IMG/VR virus record: IMGVR_UViG_3300014489_000001
Span: 1-64,000 of that record
Length of the DNA: 64,000 nt
Origin: a virus
Taxonomy: Duplodnaviria; Heunggongvirae; Uroviricota; Caudoviricetes
Reading direction: 5' to 3' (one strand)
In this document: positions 28,492-37,701 of the stretch, one piece after another
How positions within the stretch are numbered: the first letter of the stretch is position 1
Layout: each line of letters starts with the position of its first letter
The notes under the pieces: generated by a model
The model's database searches: none
What the model was told of the DNA's origin: nothing
What the model saw: the letters and a program-made list of their open reading frames with translations, nothing else
Program-made: the position numbers and the translations under genes

Positions 28492-28914
28492 TTAATCAAC
28501 TTGATCAGCATTAGGTTCTGCTCCTGGGTCTTCGGGCGGTTTGGCGTAACAACGAGAGTCGGCCAGAATCGGTTTGACACGTGCCAGACGTTCTGCCTCA
28601 GAGAGGTCACGACGAGCTTCTTCTGCCGCACGTTCCTTGGCTCCGAAATCCAGAACTGGCAGAGGTTGATTTTTGAGACGGAGCGTCCTCTTTTGTGTGC
28701 CAGCCATCAATGCGTAGAATGCATAAATCCATACTTTCTTCTCTTCCTTCCTGTACCGACTCGGCTTTACCGATTCCATCGGTACAAAAAGAGGCTTCTT
28801 CCTTGTGTCGGCGAAACGAACCATTGGATTTCTCCTAAAAGTTACAATCAAACCTTCCGTGACAAGCTTAGGTATGTAAGTCATAAAAGTCTCGGGGGTG
28901 GGTTTCGACCCCAC
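28492..28914 (-). CDS. hypothetical basic protein; a small CxxC zinc-ribbon ORF (~28330..28511) may follow it
   Basis: track ORFs 28492..28914 and 28059..28631 overlap in different frames; the latter contains CENKFCGDK...CLGCFKHM. Confidence 0.3.
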   Translation of the reverse strand: MGSKPTPETFMTYIPKLVTEGLIVTFRRNPMVRFADTRKKPLFVPMESVKPSRYRKEEKKVWIYAFYALMAGTQKRTLRLKNQPLPVLDFGAKERAAEEARRDLSEAERLARVKPILADSRCYAKPPEDPGAEPNADQVD

Positions 28915-28957
28915 AATACACCTTGGCCAAGGCCGCTATACATTTGCGTACCCCGAT
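28884..28957 (-). ncRNA. degenerate tRNA-like element (T-arm and acceptor present, anticodon arm collapsed to CCTTGGCCAAGG)
   Basis: rc ATCGGGG-TA-CGC..GCG-CCTTGGCCAAGG-TGTAT-GTGGG-GTCGAAA-CCCAC-CCCCGAG; no 7-nt anticodon loop. Confidence 0.3.
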
Positions 28958-29029
28958 TCGGCCTGAAAGGACTTGAACCTTCAACCTCCTGAGTATCAGT
29001 CAGGCGCTCTGCCATTGAGCTACAGGCCA
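28958..29029 (-). tRNA. tRNA-Ile (anticodon GAT)
   Basis: rc TGGCCTG-TA-GCTCAATGGCAGAGC-G-CCTGA-CTGATAC-TCAGG-AGGTT-GAAGG-TTCAAGT-CCTTT-CAGGCCG-A. Confidence 0.8.
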
Positions 29030-29043
29030 GTTGAGTCGAACAT

Positions 29044-29115
29044 TCGCTCTGCCGGGATTCGAACCCGGAACCGTCGAGATATAAGCCCGACACTCTGCCA
29101 TTGAGCTACAGAGCA
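29044..29115 (-). tRNA. tRNA with anticodon TAT (Ile, AUA decoder)
   Basis: rc TGCTCTG-TA-GCTC-AATGGCA-GAGT-G-TCGGG-CTTATAT-CTCGA-CGGTT-CCGGG-TTCGAAT-CCCGG-CAGAGCG-A. Confidence 0.7.
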
Positions 29116-29116
29116 G

Positions 29117-29189
29117 TGAACCCGGCGGGAATCGAACCCGCAACATTCTGATTAAGAGTCAGACGCTCTACCAATTGAGCTACGGATTC
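29117..29189 (-). tRNA. tRNA-Lys (anticodon CTT)
   Basis: rc GAATCCG-TA-GCTCAATTGGTAGAGC-G-TCTGA-CTCTTAA-TCAGA-ATGTT-GCGGG-TTCGATT-CCCGC-CGGGTTC-A. Confidence 0.8.
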
Positions 29190-29308
29190 AAATTTTGGTT
29201 TGAAGATTGGTTCGATACCTTCCGCACAGCCACGTAGTATATAGACTGGTGGCCAATCCGGTTTAATTGTTGTCAGTCTAACAGAAGTCGGAAACATGAA
29301 TCACCAAA

Positions 29309-29380
29309 TGGGACCGGAGGGAATCGAACCCTCATACACCGGATTAAAAGTCCGAGACTCTACCATTGAGTTACAGTCCC
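29309..29380 (-). tRNA. tRNA-Lys (anticodon TTT)
   Basis: rc GGGACTG-TA-ACTC-AATGGTA-GAGT-C-TCGGA-CTTTTAA-TCCGG-TGTAT-GAGGG-TTCGATT-CCCTC-CGGTCCC-A. Confidence 0.8.
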
Positions 29381-29446
29381 GGAAGGATTCGAACCTTCAA
29401 CCCTCGGATTCAGAATCCGATGCTCTACCGTTGAGCTACAGGACAT
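29381..29446 (-). tRNA. tRNA-Gln (anticodon CTG)
   Basis: rc ..TGTCCTG-TA-GCTCAACGGTAGAGC-A-TCGGA-TTCTGAA-TCCGA-GGGTT-GAAGG-TTCGAAT-CCTTC-CGGGAC..; 3' acceptor abuts or overlaps the next tRNA. Confidence 0.7.
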
Positions 29447-29519
29447 CAGCGCCGGTTGGATTCGAACCAACGACCAGCGGATTCAAAGTCCGCCGCTCTT
29501 CCATCTGAGCTACAGCGCA
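29447..29519 (-). tRNA. tRNA-Gln (anticodon TTG)
   Basis: rc TGCGCTG-TA-GCTCAGATGGAAGAGC-G-GCGGA-CTTTGAA-TCCGC-TGGTC-GTTGG-TTCGAAT-CCAAC-CGGCGCT-G. Confidence 0.75.
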
Positions 29520-29631
29520 ATAAAAGAGTTGTGATTAGTGGTGGTAGCCGCAGTTGCCTGGTGCGTCCTGACTAATCACATACAGCCGTTCTCAAACGTA
29601 TTGTCTCATCGTTATTTACCGGCTTACTCAG

Positions 29632-29705
29632 CAGTACCAACGGGACTTGAACCCGTAACCTTCCGGTTGACAACCGGATGCTCTAACCAATTGAGCTATG
29701 GTACT
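29632..29705 (-). tRNA. tRNA-Asp (anticodon GTC)
   Basis: rc AGTACCA-TA-GCTCAATTGGTTAGAGC-A-TCCGG-TTGTCAA-CCGGA-AGGTT-ACGGG-TTCAAGT-CCCGT-TGGTACT-G. Confidence 0.8.
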
Positions 29706-29711
29706 AAAAGC

Positions 29712-29738
29712 CGGTAGGACTAGGAATCCTACCGGCAT
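29712..29738 (-). terminator. hairpin (CCGGTAGGA-ctaggaa-TCCTACCGG) followed on the minus strand by a T-run; likely terminator/attenuator between the vWA gene and the tRNA array
   Basis: 9-bp perfect stem; rc continues CTTTTAGTACC into tRNA-Asp. Confidence 0.4.
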
Positions 29739-29891
29739 GACCTCAATTATATGCCGTCTTAAGTAAAGCCACTGTGGTAGCCTAGCGGCGAAGTAGTCCG
29801 CTGGCGTACCTGTAAGTGGTAAACGTATTCTACGGGATGGTTAATCTCCACCTGTCGAGGTCGCAACAGGTATAGGAGAACACGAAGCAGA

Positions 29892-30914
29892 TTAAACACG
29901 AACGAGTACCTTGGTGCCGCGGGGAAGAATCCGATTCACAGATCGCGACTGCACGAACACGTCGTAATTGCCGTGGTTGCCCGGATCGACCTGGGCGTAT
30001 TGGCCTGCCGGAAGACCAATCAATCCACGAGCTTCCGGACCACCGTAGACGGACTTCTTGCCCTTTTCCTTGACGAGGACTTCCTTGGTGGGTTGCACCT
30101 TCTCCGGCTTCATCAGCTGGTAGAAAGCATTGCCGCGCACATACTCTTCGCCAGTCTTGGTTTCAACGAAAGGCCGAATGATGTCCTCGGTGATGACCTT
30201 GAACTCCCGGAAGGACTTGCTCAAGTCCGTAAGCAATCGCTTAGCGTTGCTCGGAACCTTGCTCGTGACCTTCTGGAAGAAGTTCTTCGTCGCTCGCTGA
30301 CCAGACGTGCGGCCAGCGTAGAAGTTGCCCATGGCGTCTTGAGTATCAGAGAACGTCTCGCGGGTGCCCTCGTCGGTTTGTTCCCATTCCTGGACGTTAT
30401 CCTCAGGAATCCCGAACTTACAGCAGAAGGGAGTTTTCTGACCCTTCGGCACCTGGAAGGTAAAGGTCCAGTTACCGCGTTGCTGATGCTGACGGAACAG
30501 CGATTGCAGTTGCTGCTGGTTGTACCGTACCGAATGGTTCTCCTGGCCGTCAGTGATGACGAGCAGGACAAAACTGTCGTCGAAAGTGACGCCAGTTTTA
30601 ACTTCATCAAGTTGTTCCGTGGCGAAGCCGACGGCGTCTAACAGAGCCGTGTAGCCCTCGGTGCGATAATCGTAATCATTCAGCGGCTCGAGGAATTCCG
30701 GTCGAGCGTTGATGAATCGCGGAGCGTGGACGTGGGTGCTGAAAGTCAAGAAAGAAACGTAGTTTTGTTGACCATCCGGCGGATTCCGGAACTTCTCGGT
30801 CAGGGCGTTGTATGCCTGAACCGTTGCCCGTTTGATCTGGGTCATGGAATCCGATGCATCAAGGACGACGCAAATGAAGTTGCGAAGAATCTTCTTTTTG
30901 TTAAGCCGAGCCAT
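29892..30914 (-). CDS. von Willebrand factor A (vWA) domain protein
   Basis: MIDAS motif VVLDASDSM near the N-terminus; 340 aa. Confidence 0.6.
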   Translation of the reverse strand: MARLNKKKILRNFICVVLDASDSMTQIKRATVQAYNALTEKFRNPPDGQQNYVSFLTFSTHVHAPRFINARPEFLEPLNDYDYRTEGYTALLDAVGFATEQLDEVKTGVTFDDSFVLLVITDGQENHSVRYNQQQLQSLFRQHQQRGNWTFTFQVPKGQKTPFCCKFGIPEDNVQEWEQTDEGTRETFSDTQDAMGNFYAGRTSGQRATKNFFQKVTSKVPSNAKRLLTDLSKSFREFKVITEDIIRPFVETKTGEEYVRGNAFYQLMKPEKVQPTKEVLVKEKGKKSVYGGPEARGLIGLPAGQYAQVDPGNHGNYDVFVQSRSVNRILPRGTKVLVRV

Positions 30915-31105
30915 TTGAATTTTTCCTCAGAGTGAACCATAAACGTAGGCAAAGAAACGCTCTTTAGCCTGCGGTTTTGAGCATCCAGTAGCGAGAGCAA
31001 GGATGCCGTAATAATCTAGAAAGAGACTGCCAATATAATGCTTTTCAAAAAGGATTATACTGACAGTCTCACGCGTAAACGGGTTGACGAACTTGTCAAC
31101 TATGA

Positions 31106-31483
31106 TCATGCCGGGACCCGGTCCTTGAAGAAGGACGACAAATCGACGCGGCTGACCGTCTGAACCACGAACCGCCACTCACCGTCGATGAGAATCTTAC
31201 GGATGCCTTCGACGGGAATCGTCCTGTAGCCGCTCTTATCCATGTCGTAGACGCAGAGCGAGTAGTTAGCTTGGAAGTCCACGCCCTCTTTCGAGGGATT
31301 TTCGACGAGGAACTTCTTGACGCCGGTGCGACATCGCATCAGACGCAGGACGCCTGGGTCCGTTCGTTTTTCAAATTCGATGGAGAAGATTTGGCCGTTG
31401 GTTTTCTGAATGAACTTCAACGCCGATCTCAATGACACACGCTTCATGACACTTTCCTTTCTGAGTAACAGTTCGCTACTCAA
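31106..31483 (-). CDS. hypothetical protein
   Basis: 125-aa ORF. Confidence 0.4.
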   Translation of the reverse strand: MSSELLLRKESVMKRVSLRSALKFIQKTNGQIFSIEFEKRTDPGVLRLMRCRTGVKKFLVENPSKEGVDFQANYSLCVYDMDKSGYRTIPVEGIRKILIDGEWRFVVQTVSRVDLSSFFKDRVPA

Positions 31484-31928
31484 CCAGTTCGATTGAATTT
31501 TCGAATATCCGTTTCAATTGATCAGTTATCCTGTAATCAATGGCATTCTTCGCAATCGAGAAACGAAGATTACCATTGTCGTGCCGCATCGTTGCAGCCT
31601 TCCAGTCACAAAACATCTCGACAAGATCGAGAATGTTCATATCGTTGATGCCATCCTTGAAGTGTTGCGGATGATGCCGGTTGACAGCATAATGGTGGTC
31701 AAGAGCGGGTTTCAATGCCAGCTTCGCAGCATCATATTCAGGCGATCCAAAAGTTAATCCGTGAAGCTTTTCGGTCTGCTCCGCGAAATATGCAACCTCG
31801 GGCGGGTGCATTTTGGATTGATCGTGATCGTTGCCGCGATGCAGCAAACCGATCACAATTCTATTAAGTAAGTTTCGGACGTTCTGGATATGCTCCAGCG
31901 TCTCGCAGTTCGTTTCCCGGATGTTCAT
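31476..31928 (-). CDS. HD-domain phosphohydrolase
   Basis: H...HRGNDHDQSK (H-x(n)-HD) metal-binding motif. Confidence 0.55.
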   Translation of the reverse strand: MNIRETNCETLEHIQNVRNLLNRIVIGLLHRGNDHDQSKMHPPEVAYFAEQTEKLHGLTFGSPEYDAAKLALKPALDHHYAVNRHHPQHFKDGINDMNILDLVEMFCDWKAATMRHDNGNLRFSIAKNAIDYRITDQLKRIFENSIELVE

Positions 31929-32045
31929 TAAGCCCTCGACACACAGTAACCAACCGGCAATCGCTTTCTTGTGCCGGTGCAGTTTGCGGGACGTTCCCCA
32001 AACAGCTTCTTGAATTGATGACGTGCTTCGCCTTTCGTGGCAGTG

Positions 32046-32264
32046 TCAAGCAACAGGTCCTTCCCGTCCTTCTTCTGAGTTGTCTTGTTTTTCCGATTCC
32101 AACACTTGAACAGCATCAGGTGCCTCACAGATTTCCTTGAACCGATCCAACCATTCCGTGAGATACGATTCATGATGTTTGAAGACCTTAGCCATAAGGT
32201 CTACTGCGCCTTGAATCCTTTCGCCGACTGCTTCCATGCGTTCAACAGCTTCGCTGCTTTTCAT
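32046..32264 (-). CDS. hypothetical protein
   Basis: 72-aa ORF. Confidence 0.35.
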   Translation of the reverse strand: MKSSEAVERMEAVGERIQGAVDLMAKVFKHHESYLTEWLDRFKEICEAPDAVQVLESEKQDNSEEGREGPVA

Positions 32265-32375
32265 TAGCCCTCCCCGCCGTGTTCATGTGGCCATGACCAG
32301 TCTTGGTTAAGAATTGCAATCAATTCATCCCCGGTGATTACAATATCTTCCTCATCCAAGATACACAAAATTTCT

Positions 32376-32645
32376 TCATCCATCTCTCATCCTCGGCTTA
32401 AAAAGCTGCTTCCAACACCCTGGACAAAATCCAGATATCAGCATCTCACGATAATGCCGATCCATATGAGGAAAGCATTCTTGAACAGATTTCTGACTCC
32501 CGAGGAACGTCTTTAGTTCCTCAGGAGTCACTTCTAACGGAATCCAGTCTCTACAACAGACGCACTTTGCCTTAATCACGGCATGTTCATCAGTTACGAT
32601 TTCAACGTCGATCTTCATCTTTACCTCGGCCTTGGGTCGCCACAA
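32376..32645 (-). CDS. small Cys-rich protein
   Basis: CVCC...CPGC motifs. Confidence 0.4.
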   Translation of the reverse strand: MWRPKAEVKMKIDVEIVTDEHAVIKAKCVCCRDWIPLEVTPEELKTFLGSQKSVQECFPHMDRHYREMLISGFCPGCWKQLFKPRMRDG

Positions 32646-33187
32646 TGCTCAAAAACTTTGACGTTTGTCGTAACTTCTTGTTCAACGTCGCCGACTTTGA
32701 GAATCTCTTTCTTGTGTTCAATGGTCAAGACTTCAAAGTAGAAGAAACTGAACTCATCACGCTCAATTCGCACGTTGTGGTCGTCACAGTAGCAACAAAG
32801 TTCGAGAAGATTTTTACCTTCCCAAACCGTGCGAAGAGCTGGTTTCGGATCAAGCCGAGAAACTGCCTCACGACCCGACCGATGTTGTAATCGGTAGGTA
32901 AGCATCAGACCAAGCAACTCTTCTGCTTGGTTCTTTGTCTCAGACTTGGCCCAATACGTGGCTCGTGGGCCTTTGTCTACCACCTGGATGGCGTAGACGA
33001 TTACTGAATCACCCTGCTTTGCCTCTTCCTTCCAGCCGCCATCATCATGAATTTCAGCATCCAATCCACAGTAAAATGAGCGCTGGCGACTGTTGTGGAA
33101 GAATACTGTGCGTTCGTGTCCAGGAATCTCAATGAACCCGAACTTCCCATTCACATCATAGTGAATGATCGTTCCTACCATAGACAA
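32621..33187 (-). CDS. protein with N-terminal cold-shock-like (CSD) nucleic-acid-binding domain
   Basis: GTIIHYDVNGKFGFIEI resembles the CspA GxVKWFNxxKGFGFI motif. Confidence 0.45.
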   Translation of the reverse strand: MSMVGTIIHYDVNGKFGFIEIPGHERTVFFHNSRQRSFYCGLDAEIHDDGGWKEEAKQGDSVIVYAIQVVDKGPRATYWAKSETKNQAEELLGLMLTYRLQHRSGREAVSRLDPKPALRTVWEGKNLLELCCYCDDHNVRIERDEFSFFYFEVLTIEHKKEILKVGDVEQEVTTNVKVFEHCGDPRPR

Positions 33188-33238
33188 ACTCCTCGATTAA
33201 GTGCAACCATCGCACATTGTTACATGATCAATCATTGA

Positions 33239-33751
33239 TCACTCGATAAAATTGAGTTCGTTCTCAGCAATCTGCTTGTTGATTTCATCCTGCTTCTCAA
33301 CAAGGTATGCTTTGAACTTACCCATAAACGCAGTGTAGCTCACCCCAATGAACTTGAACAGATGAAAAAGTTGCAATATTTGCGTTGTCTTCATGCGTTC
33401 ATAGAAATCGTGGAGCGGATTCTCTTTAGACAGAGAAGGTATCCACACCCCACAGCAATCTAGGACCTCCATATCCAAAGTTGCACAACCAGTGGATTCC
33501 ATGCGAAAACGTTTCATTGACGCATGGACGCCGCGGACGAACTCTTCATGTTTTTTCAAACATGATTCCTCAAAGAGGATCGTAGACCTACGCTTACCGC
33601 AAACACTACAATGTAAGTCTGATTTGTTCTTGCATTTCTTGCAGACTTTAAGGGTCTTGAACATGGCCATTTTCCTCAATGACTTCCTCAGTAGGCCAAT
33701 CTGGTCTAATGGCATACTGTTGCGTACCGTTATCACCACGAATCGCGTCAA
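33239..33751 (-). CDS. hypothetical Cys-rich protein
   Basis: 170-aa ORF, CKKCKNKSDLHCSVCGK. Confidence 0.4.
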   Translation of the reverse strand: MTRFVVITVRNSMPLDQIGLLRKSLRKMAMFKTLKVCKKCKNKSDLHCSVCGKRRSTILFEESCLKKHEEFVRGVHASMKRFRMESTGCATLDMEVLDCCGVWIPSLSKENPLHDFYERMKTTQILQLFHLFKFIGVSYTAFMGKFKAYLVEKQDEINKQIAENELNFIE

Positions 33752-33992
33752 TCTTCTTGAAGATTTGCGATCCAGGAATCGCTGCCTGCATGACGCTATT
33801 AACCAACTGGAATTTCTTCCCGATGGCCACCTGACTGAATGGAATCTGTAGTCGCTTTCGCGCTGGCGAGTTCATGTTCCTCCCAACATTGTTCACAAAA
33901 CGGACCAGTGCCGTTGTCGTCGTAAATAGAACCATCACCAGCACCCGCCTTACCTGTTGGTTCATCACACAGGTAACACAATTCAAGTTCCA

Positions 33993-34964
33993 TTACCAAC
34001 CTCGGCACATTTTAGCGAAATCGTCATCACCCATGGATGCCGATTGCAGATCAAGAACAGAACACCGATCCTTCGATTGCTCAACCGTCATGTCTCGGAA
34101 GACGTGATCACTTTGAACCACGTCCCAGATATGCTGAGCAATCGCGAACGTGTTCCACTGGAATGCTTCACTGATCCTCAACCGATGCTCCGCAATTCGG
34201 ATAACCGGATAAGGTTGACGCGGCTTGCAGGCCAGTTGGTCGATGGCAACGATGAAATCGCTACCGATTTCATTACCGCACAACCAACCGTAGATTGCCA
34301 ACTGTGTTGCCCAATCTTCCTTGAGTTGCTCAAGGAATTGGTCACGATTGATAATCATACCATTGTGCATATACGGTATGCAGTCTTTATGAGGACCACA
34401 ATAGTCCTGACCACGAATCCGCATATAACCAGGCATAGGAGAAACAGGACTTCGACTACAGTATCCATTAACCTTCCAGTCGAGCGTGACATTGTTTCCA
34501 CCTGCATTGTTGAACGAGCAATCTGGCTTACCAAGGAAGGTAACACCAGAGAATGATTTAGTCACACCTTCGCGATGACCATTGACCACGCCTCTGACTT
34601 CAATTTCAAATCGTGGAGTTCCGACAGCCTGGTTGAGTTCGATCATCAAGTCAGCAAGAACACCAGAATCCCTATAGACTTGAAAAGCATACTTGCCGTT
34701 GATCAAAGCCCAATCCCGATGATGCTTCTCAACTTGAGCTTCGAACAATGTTGGGAAGTCAAAACGAGGATCGTTACCTTTGCCAAACAAACTTTCGTGA
34801 ATGTAACTTTTGGCGTAGGCATCAAAAGCAGACCCAATCGACATCGGTTGCGTCTGCGGTTCTCGGCTTGGACGATTCTCGGATAAATATCTCAAGTAAA
34901 AATCTTGAACACTTTTCTTGAAGACCGCAATCGAGGTCGGCGACAAATACTCAAGTTTTCGCAA
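33993..34964 (-). CDS. hypothetical protein, possible PD-(D/E)xK-type nuclease (weak)
   Basis: 323-aa ORF; YqaJ/Cas4-like N-terminal pattern but catalytic motifs not secure. Confidence 0.35.
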   Translation of the reverse strand: MRKLEYLSPTSIAVFKKSVQDFYLRYLSENRPSREPQTQPMSIGSAFDAYAKSYIHESLFGKGNDPRFDFPTLFEAQVEKHHRDWALINGKYAFQVYRDSGVLADLMIELNQAVGTPRFEIEVRGVVNGHREGVTKSFSGVTFLGKPDCSFNNAGGNNVTLDWKVNGYCSRSPVSPMPGYMRIRGQDYCGPHKDCIPYMHNGMIINRDQFLEQLKEDWATQLAIYGWLCGNEIGSDFIVAIDQLACKPRQPYPVIRIAEHRLRISEAFQWNTFAIAQHIWDVVQSDHVFRDMTVEQSKDRCSVLDLQSASMGDDDFAKMCRGW

Positions 34965-34966
34965 TT

Positions 34967-35389
34967 CTATCTCCCAGGCTTGTTGAGTTCTTTTATTTCA
35001 TCAAACAGGATTAGTCTTCTAATTCGCGTTTCATCAGATAAACGACGCCCATCAAATAAGATAGGTAATTTTGCGAATTCAAGAATAATCTCTGCTTGTC
35101 TCTTTTTAACAAAGAGATACGGTAAAAGCAATTGGCAAACAACGATTACTGAATCACCACACGCTACAAGTACCGATATATCTTTAGCTTTTGGATTGCT
35201 CGGAATAACTAAAAATACTGTTCCTACTTTTACAATATCTTTTAATCGGTGTACTGCCTTGTGGTATGTATTAGTCAGTTTGAATATTGGATAGACTACA
35301 CCGGAATCTTTCTCTCTTTCTTGAAGATTTATGCAACCTTCACCGTCAACGAATCCGGCAGCCCAGACAACATCAGTCACCTTTCTCAC
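34967..35389 (-). CDS. LAGLIDADG homing endonuclease (single-motif type)
   Basis: VVWAAGFVDGEGCINL matches the LAGLIDADG block. Confidence 0.65.
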   Translation of the reverse strand: MRKVTDVVWAAGFVDGEGCINLQEREKDSGVVYPIFKLTNTYHKAVHRLKDIVKVGTVFLVIPSNPKAKDISVLVACGDSVIVVCQLLLPYLFVKKRQAEIILEFAKLPILFDGRRLSDETRIRRLILFDEIKELNKPGR

Positions 35390-36023
35390 CTTTCAAGAAT
35401 CGTTCTTCAACCTTGCTTAGGTGAAGTTGAACCCATTGTTGAGACATGCCGAGAGTCACAGCGATCTCAGCTTGGGTGTAGCCACTTTTCCTCAAGTTGA
35501 CAATTTCCCGTTCGTGTTTCGTCCTGATAGCATTTTCGAGCGTTTCATTCAAAATCAATAGACTGAGCGTACAGGTCTCGACCTTCTGAGGCACTTCTTG
35601 TTCCTCTCCGATTTCTACGTCTTTGAGCCTATGCAAACAAAGGGTGCTAATTGGAATCCGTATTAACTTATCGTTGTACAGGAAGTTACCACAAGCACGA
35701 TTGATTCTGAACGATAGATAATTGGAGAATGGAACAGTGTCATACCAACTTGTTTGAGCATTGTTTACAGCTTCCACTAAAGCTAACAACGCTTCTGATA
35801 CCAAATCTCGCATCTTTCTACGAGCGAACCATGTGTACCGGCCAGCGATATACACAGCGAGATGTATGTGACCAGTAATCAGTTCATCAATTACCGATTT
35901 ATCACCTTGTTTTAATAGTGCCGCCAATTCAACACGTCTCTTGTGAGCAATAGGGGGCGGCGTCTTTGTGCCGAGCGGATCAGAAATCGAGCGTGGGCGC
36001 AATTTCTTGCCAATCAAATACAT
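35373..36023 (-). CDS. sigma-70/ECF-like sigma factor (region 2 and region 4 HTH)
   Basis: C-terminal TQAEIAVTLGMSQQWVQLHLSKVEERF is a sigma region-4 HTH. Confidence 0.55.
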   Translation of the reverse strand: MYLIGKKLRPRSISDPLGTKTPPPIAHKRRVELAALLKQGDKSVIDELITGHIHLAVYIAGRYTWFARRKMRDLVSEALLALVEAVNNAQTSWYDTVPFSNYLSFRINRACGNFLYNDKLIRIPISTLCLHRLKDVEIGEEQEVPQKVETCTLSLLILNETLENAIRTKHEREIVNLRKSGYTQAEIAVTLGMSQQWVQLHLSKVEERFLKGEKGD

Positions 36024-36066
36024 TCATGTTCCTGAGAGCCAATCCTTTTCCTAATCTCAATGTTCC

Positions 36067-36585
36067 TCAGCATTGTACGTTCTTTGGCATTTGGGCCAAT
36101 TTGTCCTTAACTTTGATCCATTTCTCTTCCTCATCCTTCAAGCCGAGCAGGCTCATGGTTTGTTCTTTTTCGCTCGCAACAATCCATAAGGCATCCATCA
36201 ATTCGCGCCACCCAAAGGATTTTATTGCAAAACGAATATTTGGTAGCGCTGGTGAATACGGTGGAGGCAACTTGTCGAATACCTCGTAATCGTGCATAAG
36301 TTTGGGCGATTCTTTAATCTTGCCCCAAACTTGCTCTATCGTTTGGTCTTTGAATCTTTTTTTGGTCCACTGGATGAATCGCTTGACACGATTACAATCG
36401 AACATAGTTTCCTCTGGAATCGAATCTAATTCATCGCGTTGTCCATACAACGGGTATCCCTTATTATACAATAGAATTCTCGTCGTGTCAATGTATTTTG
36501 ACCATTTTATTTGTGTACAATTGTCTACTGACAAAATGACACAATTCCCGCGGCGCGCCCGCCTTATATCAATTGCTTTCGACAA
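36067..36585 (-). CDS. hypothetical protein
   Basis: 172-aa ORF. Confidence 0.4.
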   Translation of the reverse strand: MSKAIDIRRARRGNCVILSVDNCTQIKWSKYIDTTRILLYNKGYPLYGQRDELDSIPEETMFDCNRVKRFIQWTKKRFKDQTIEQVWGKIKESPKLMHDYEVFDKLPPPYSPALPNIRFAIKSFGWRELMDALWIVASEKEQTMSLLGLKDEEEKWIKVKDKLAQMPKNVQC

Positions 36586-36591
36586 GTCTAA

Positions 36592-37080
36592 TTAGACAGC
36601 GCTAACGTCTGAATCAAATCGACTAGCCCACCATTTAGATTTGATTCGATGAAAAGCTTGGATTTGGAAATCATCTAGGTCTTCAACTCTAGTTGAACCT
36701 TGATTGCAATCGACAACCTCGCCATTGACCCACGCAATCGCATGTCGAGCGTGGTCTAGCCGTAGACCAGTAACTACACCATCACTATTGGTCATGATCT
36801 TTATGAACGAATCATGAAGCGATGTGATGACGCATGACTCTCGACCACTGATTAACACTGGTTGAGGCTCGAACGTGGTGCAAACGAAACCAAACCGATC
36901 CCCAAGATGAATCAATTCTTGGGGATGGAATGCACGGCGATTATACGGTTCAGGTTGGTCAGGCCAAACAATCTCTGAACCATCATGACCAATAGCTTTC
37001 ACGATTGCCCAATACGGCCACTGAATCACGTGCGCCCACGCCTGAACCAAGCAAGACCAAGGTGGTGGTTTGATAATCAT
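36592..37080 (-). CDS. hypothetical protein
   Basis: 162-aa ORF. Confidence 0.4.
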   Translation of the reverse strand: MIIKPPPWSCLVQAWAHVIQWPYWAIVKAIGHDGSEIVWPDQPEPYNRRAFHPQELIHLGDRFGFVCTTFEPQPVLISGRESCVITSLHDSFIKIMTNSDGVVTGLRLDHARHAIAWVNGEVVDCNQGSTRVEDLDDFQIQAFHRIKSKWWASRFDSDVSAV

Positions 37081-37164
37081 TTGCTTCTCCGCTTGTTTTT
37101 GCCTTTGTCAGACTTTGGACGACGGCTACGATTCTCTTTGTCGTGCGGCGGACAGATGGTACAT

Positions 37165-37701
37165 TTAAGATTTCCTTTTTTGTACCGTCCGTTTGCTTCT
37201 CGGTTGTCGGCGGTATTTTTCATCAATGCTCCTGATTACGTCGTCACCAATTGCGACACACTGATTTGTGGCTTCACACCAGGAAGTTTTGAAATCTAAC
37301 AATGGACAACAAATTGCCAGTTTCTGTATATCCATTTTGAATGCAAAGTACGTATTCTTATGCCATACTCCGTTGGCATAGACCCACAAGCCAGGTTGAT
37401 ATGGTACACGACAGAATGGCCAGCCAAATGCTAAAGCAACCGGTCGTTCGTCCTTGAATGACAACTCTTCACAAAGTTTGACTTCACGAGCATTCGGCGT
37501 AATACCTTTGACTTCAATCCAGATTTGTAATCTTGGCATGAAGAAGTCAGGAAGGTAGTTTGCTGTAGGTAGTTTGAAGAACCGTGACTCGTAGGTCCAC
37601 GGTTCGTCAAACATATTGAAAAGTGTGGTGTACTTTGCTTCTAATTGTGAGCGAAATCGTACACCACAGTATTTCGTCGGTTTAGCACGAATGCGTTTCA
37701 C
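37165..37701 (-). CDS. putative PD-(D/E)xK nuclease
   Basis: YLPDFFMPRLQIWIEVKG fits the PD...(D/E)xK core. Confidence 0.45.
   Translation of the reverse strand: MKRIRAKPTKYCGVRFRSQLEAKYTTLFNMFDEPWTYESRFFKLPTANYLPDFFMPRLQIWIEVKGITPNAREVKLCEELSFKDERPVALAFGWPFCRVPYQPGLWVYANGVWHKNTYFAFKMDIQKLAICCPLLDFKTSWCEATNQCVAIGDDVIRSIDEKYRRQPRSKRTVQKRKS

Noticed and set aside
29786-29816. Possible tenth, degenerate copy of the 23-nt repeat (GAAGTAGTCCGCTGGCGTACCTGTAAG) upstream of the tRNA array
   Set aside because: Only patchy similarity to the consensus (GAAGTA and CTGTAA blocks) with the CGCCAC core missing.
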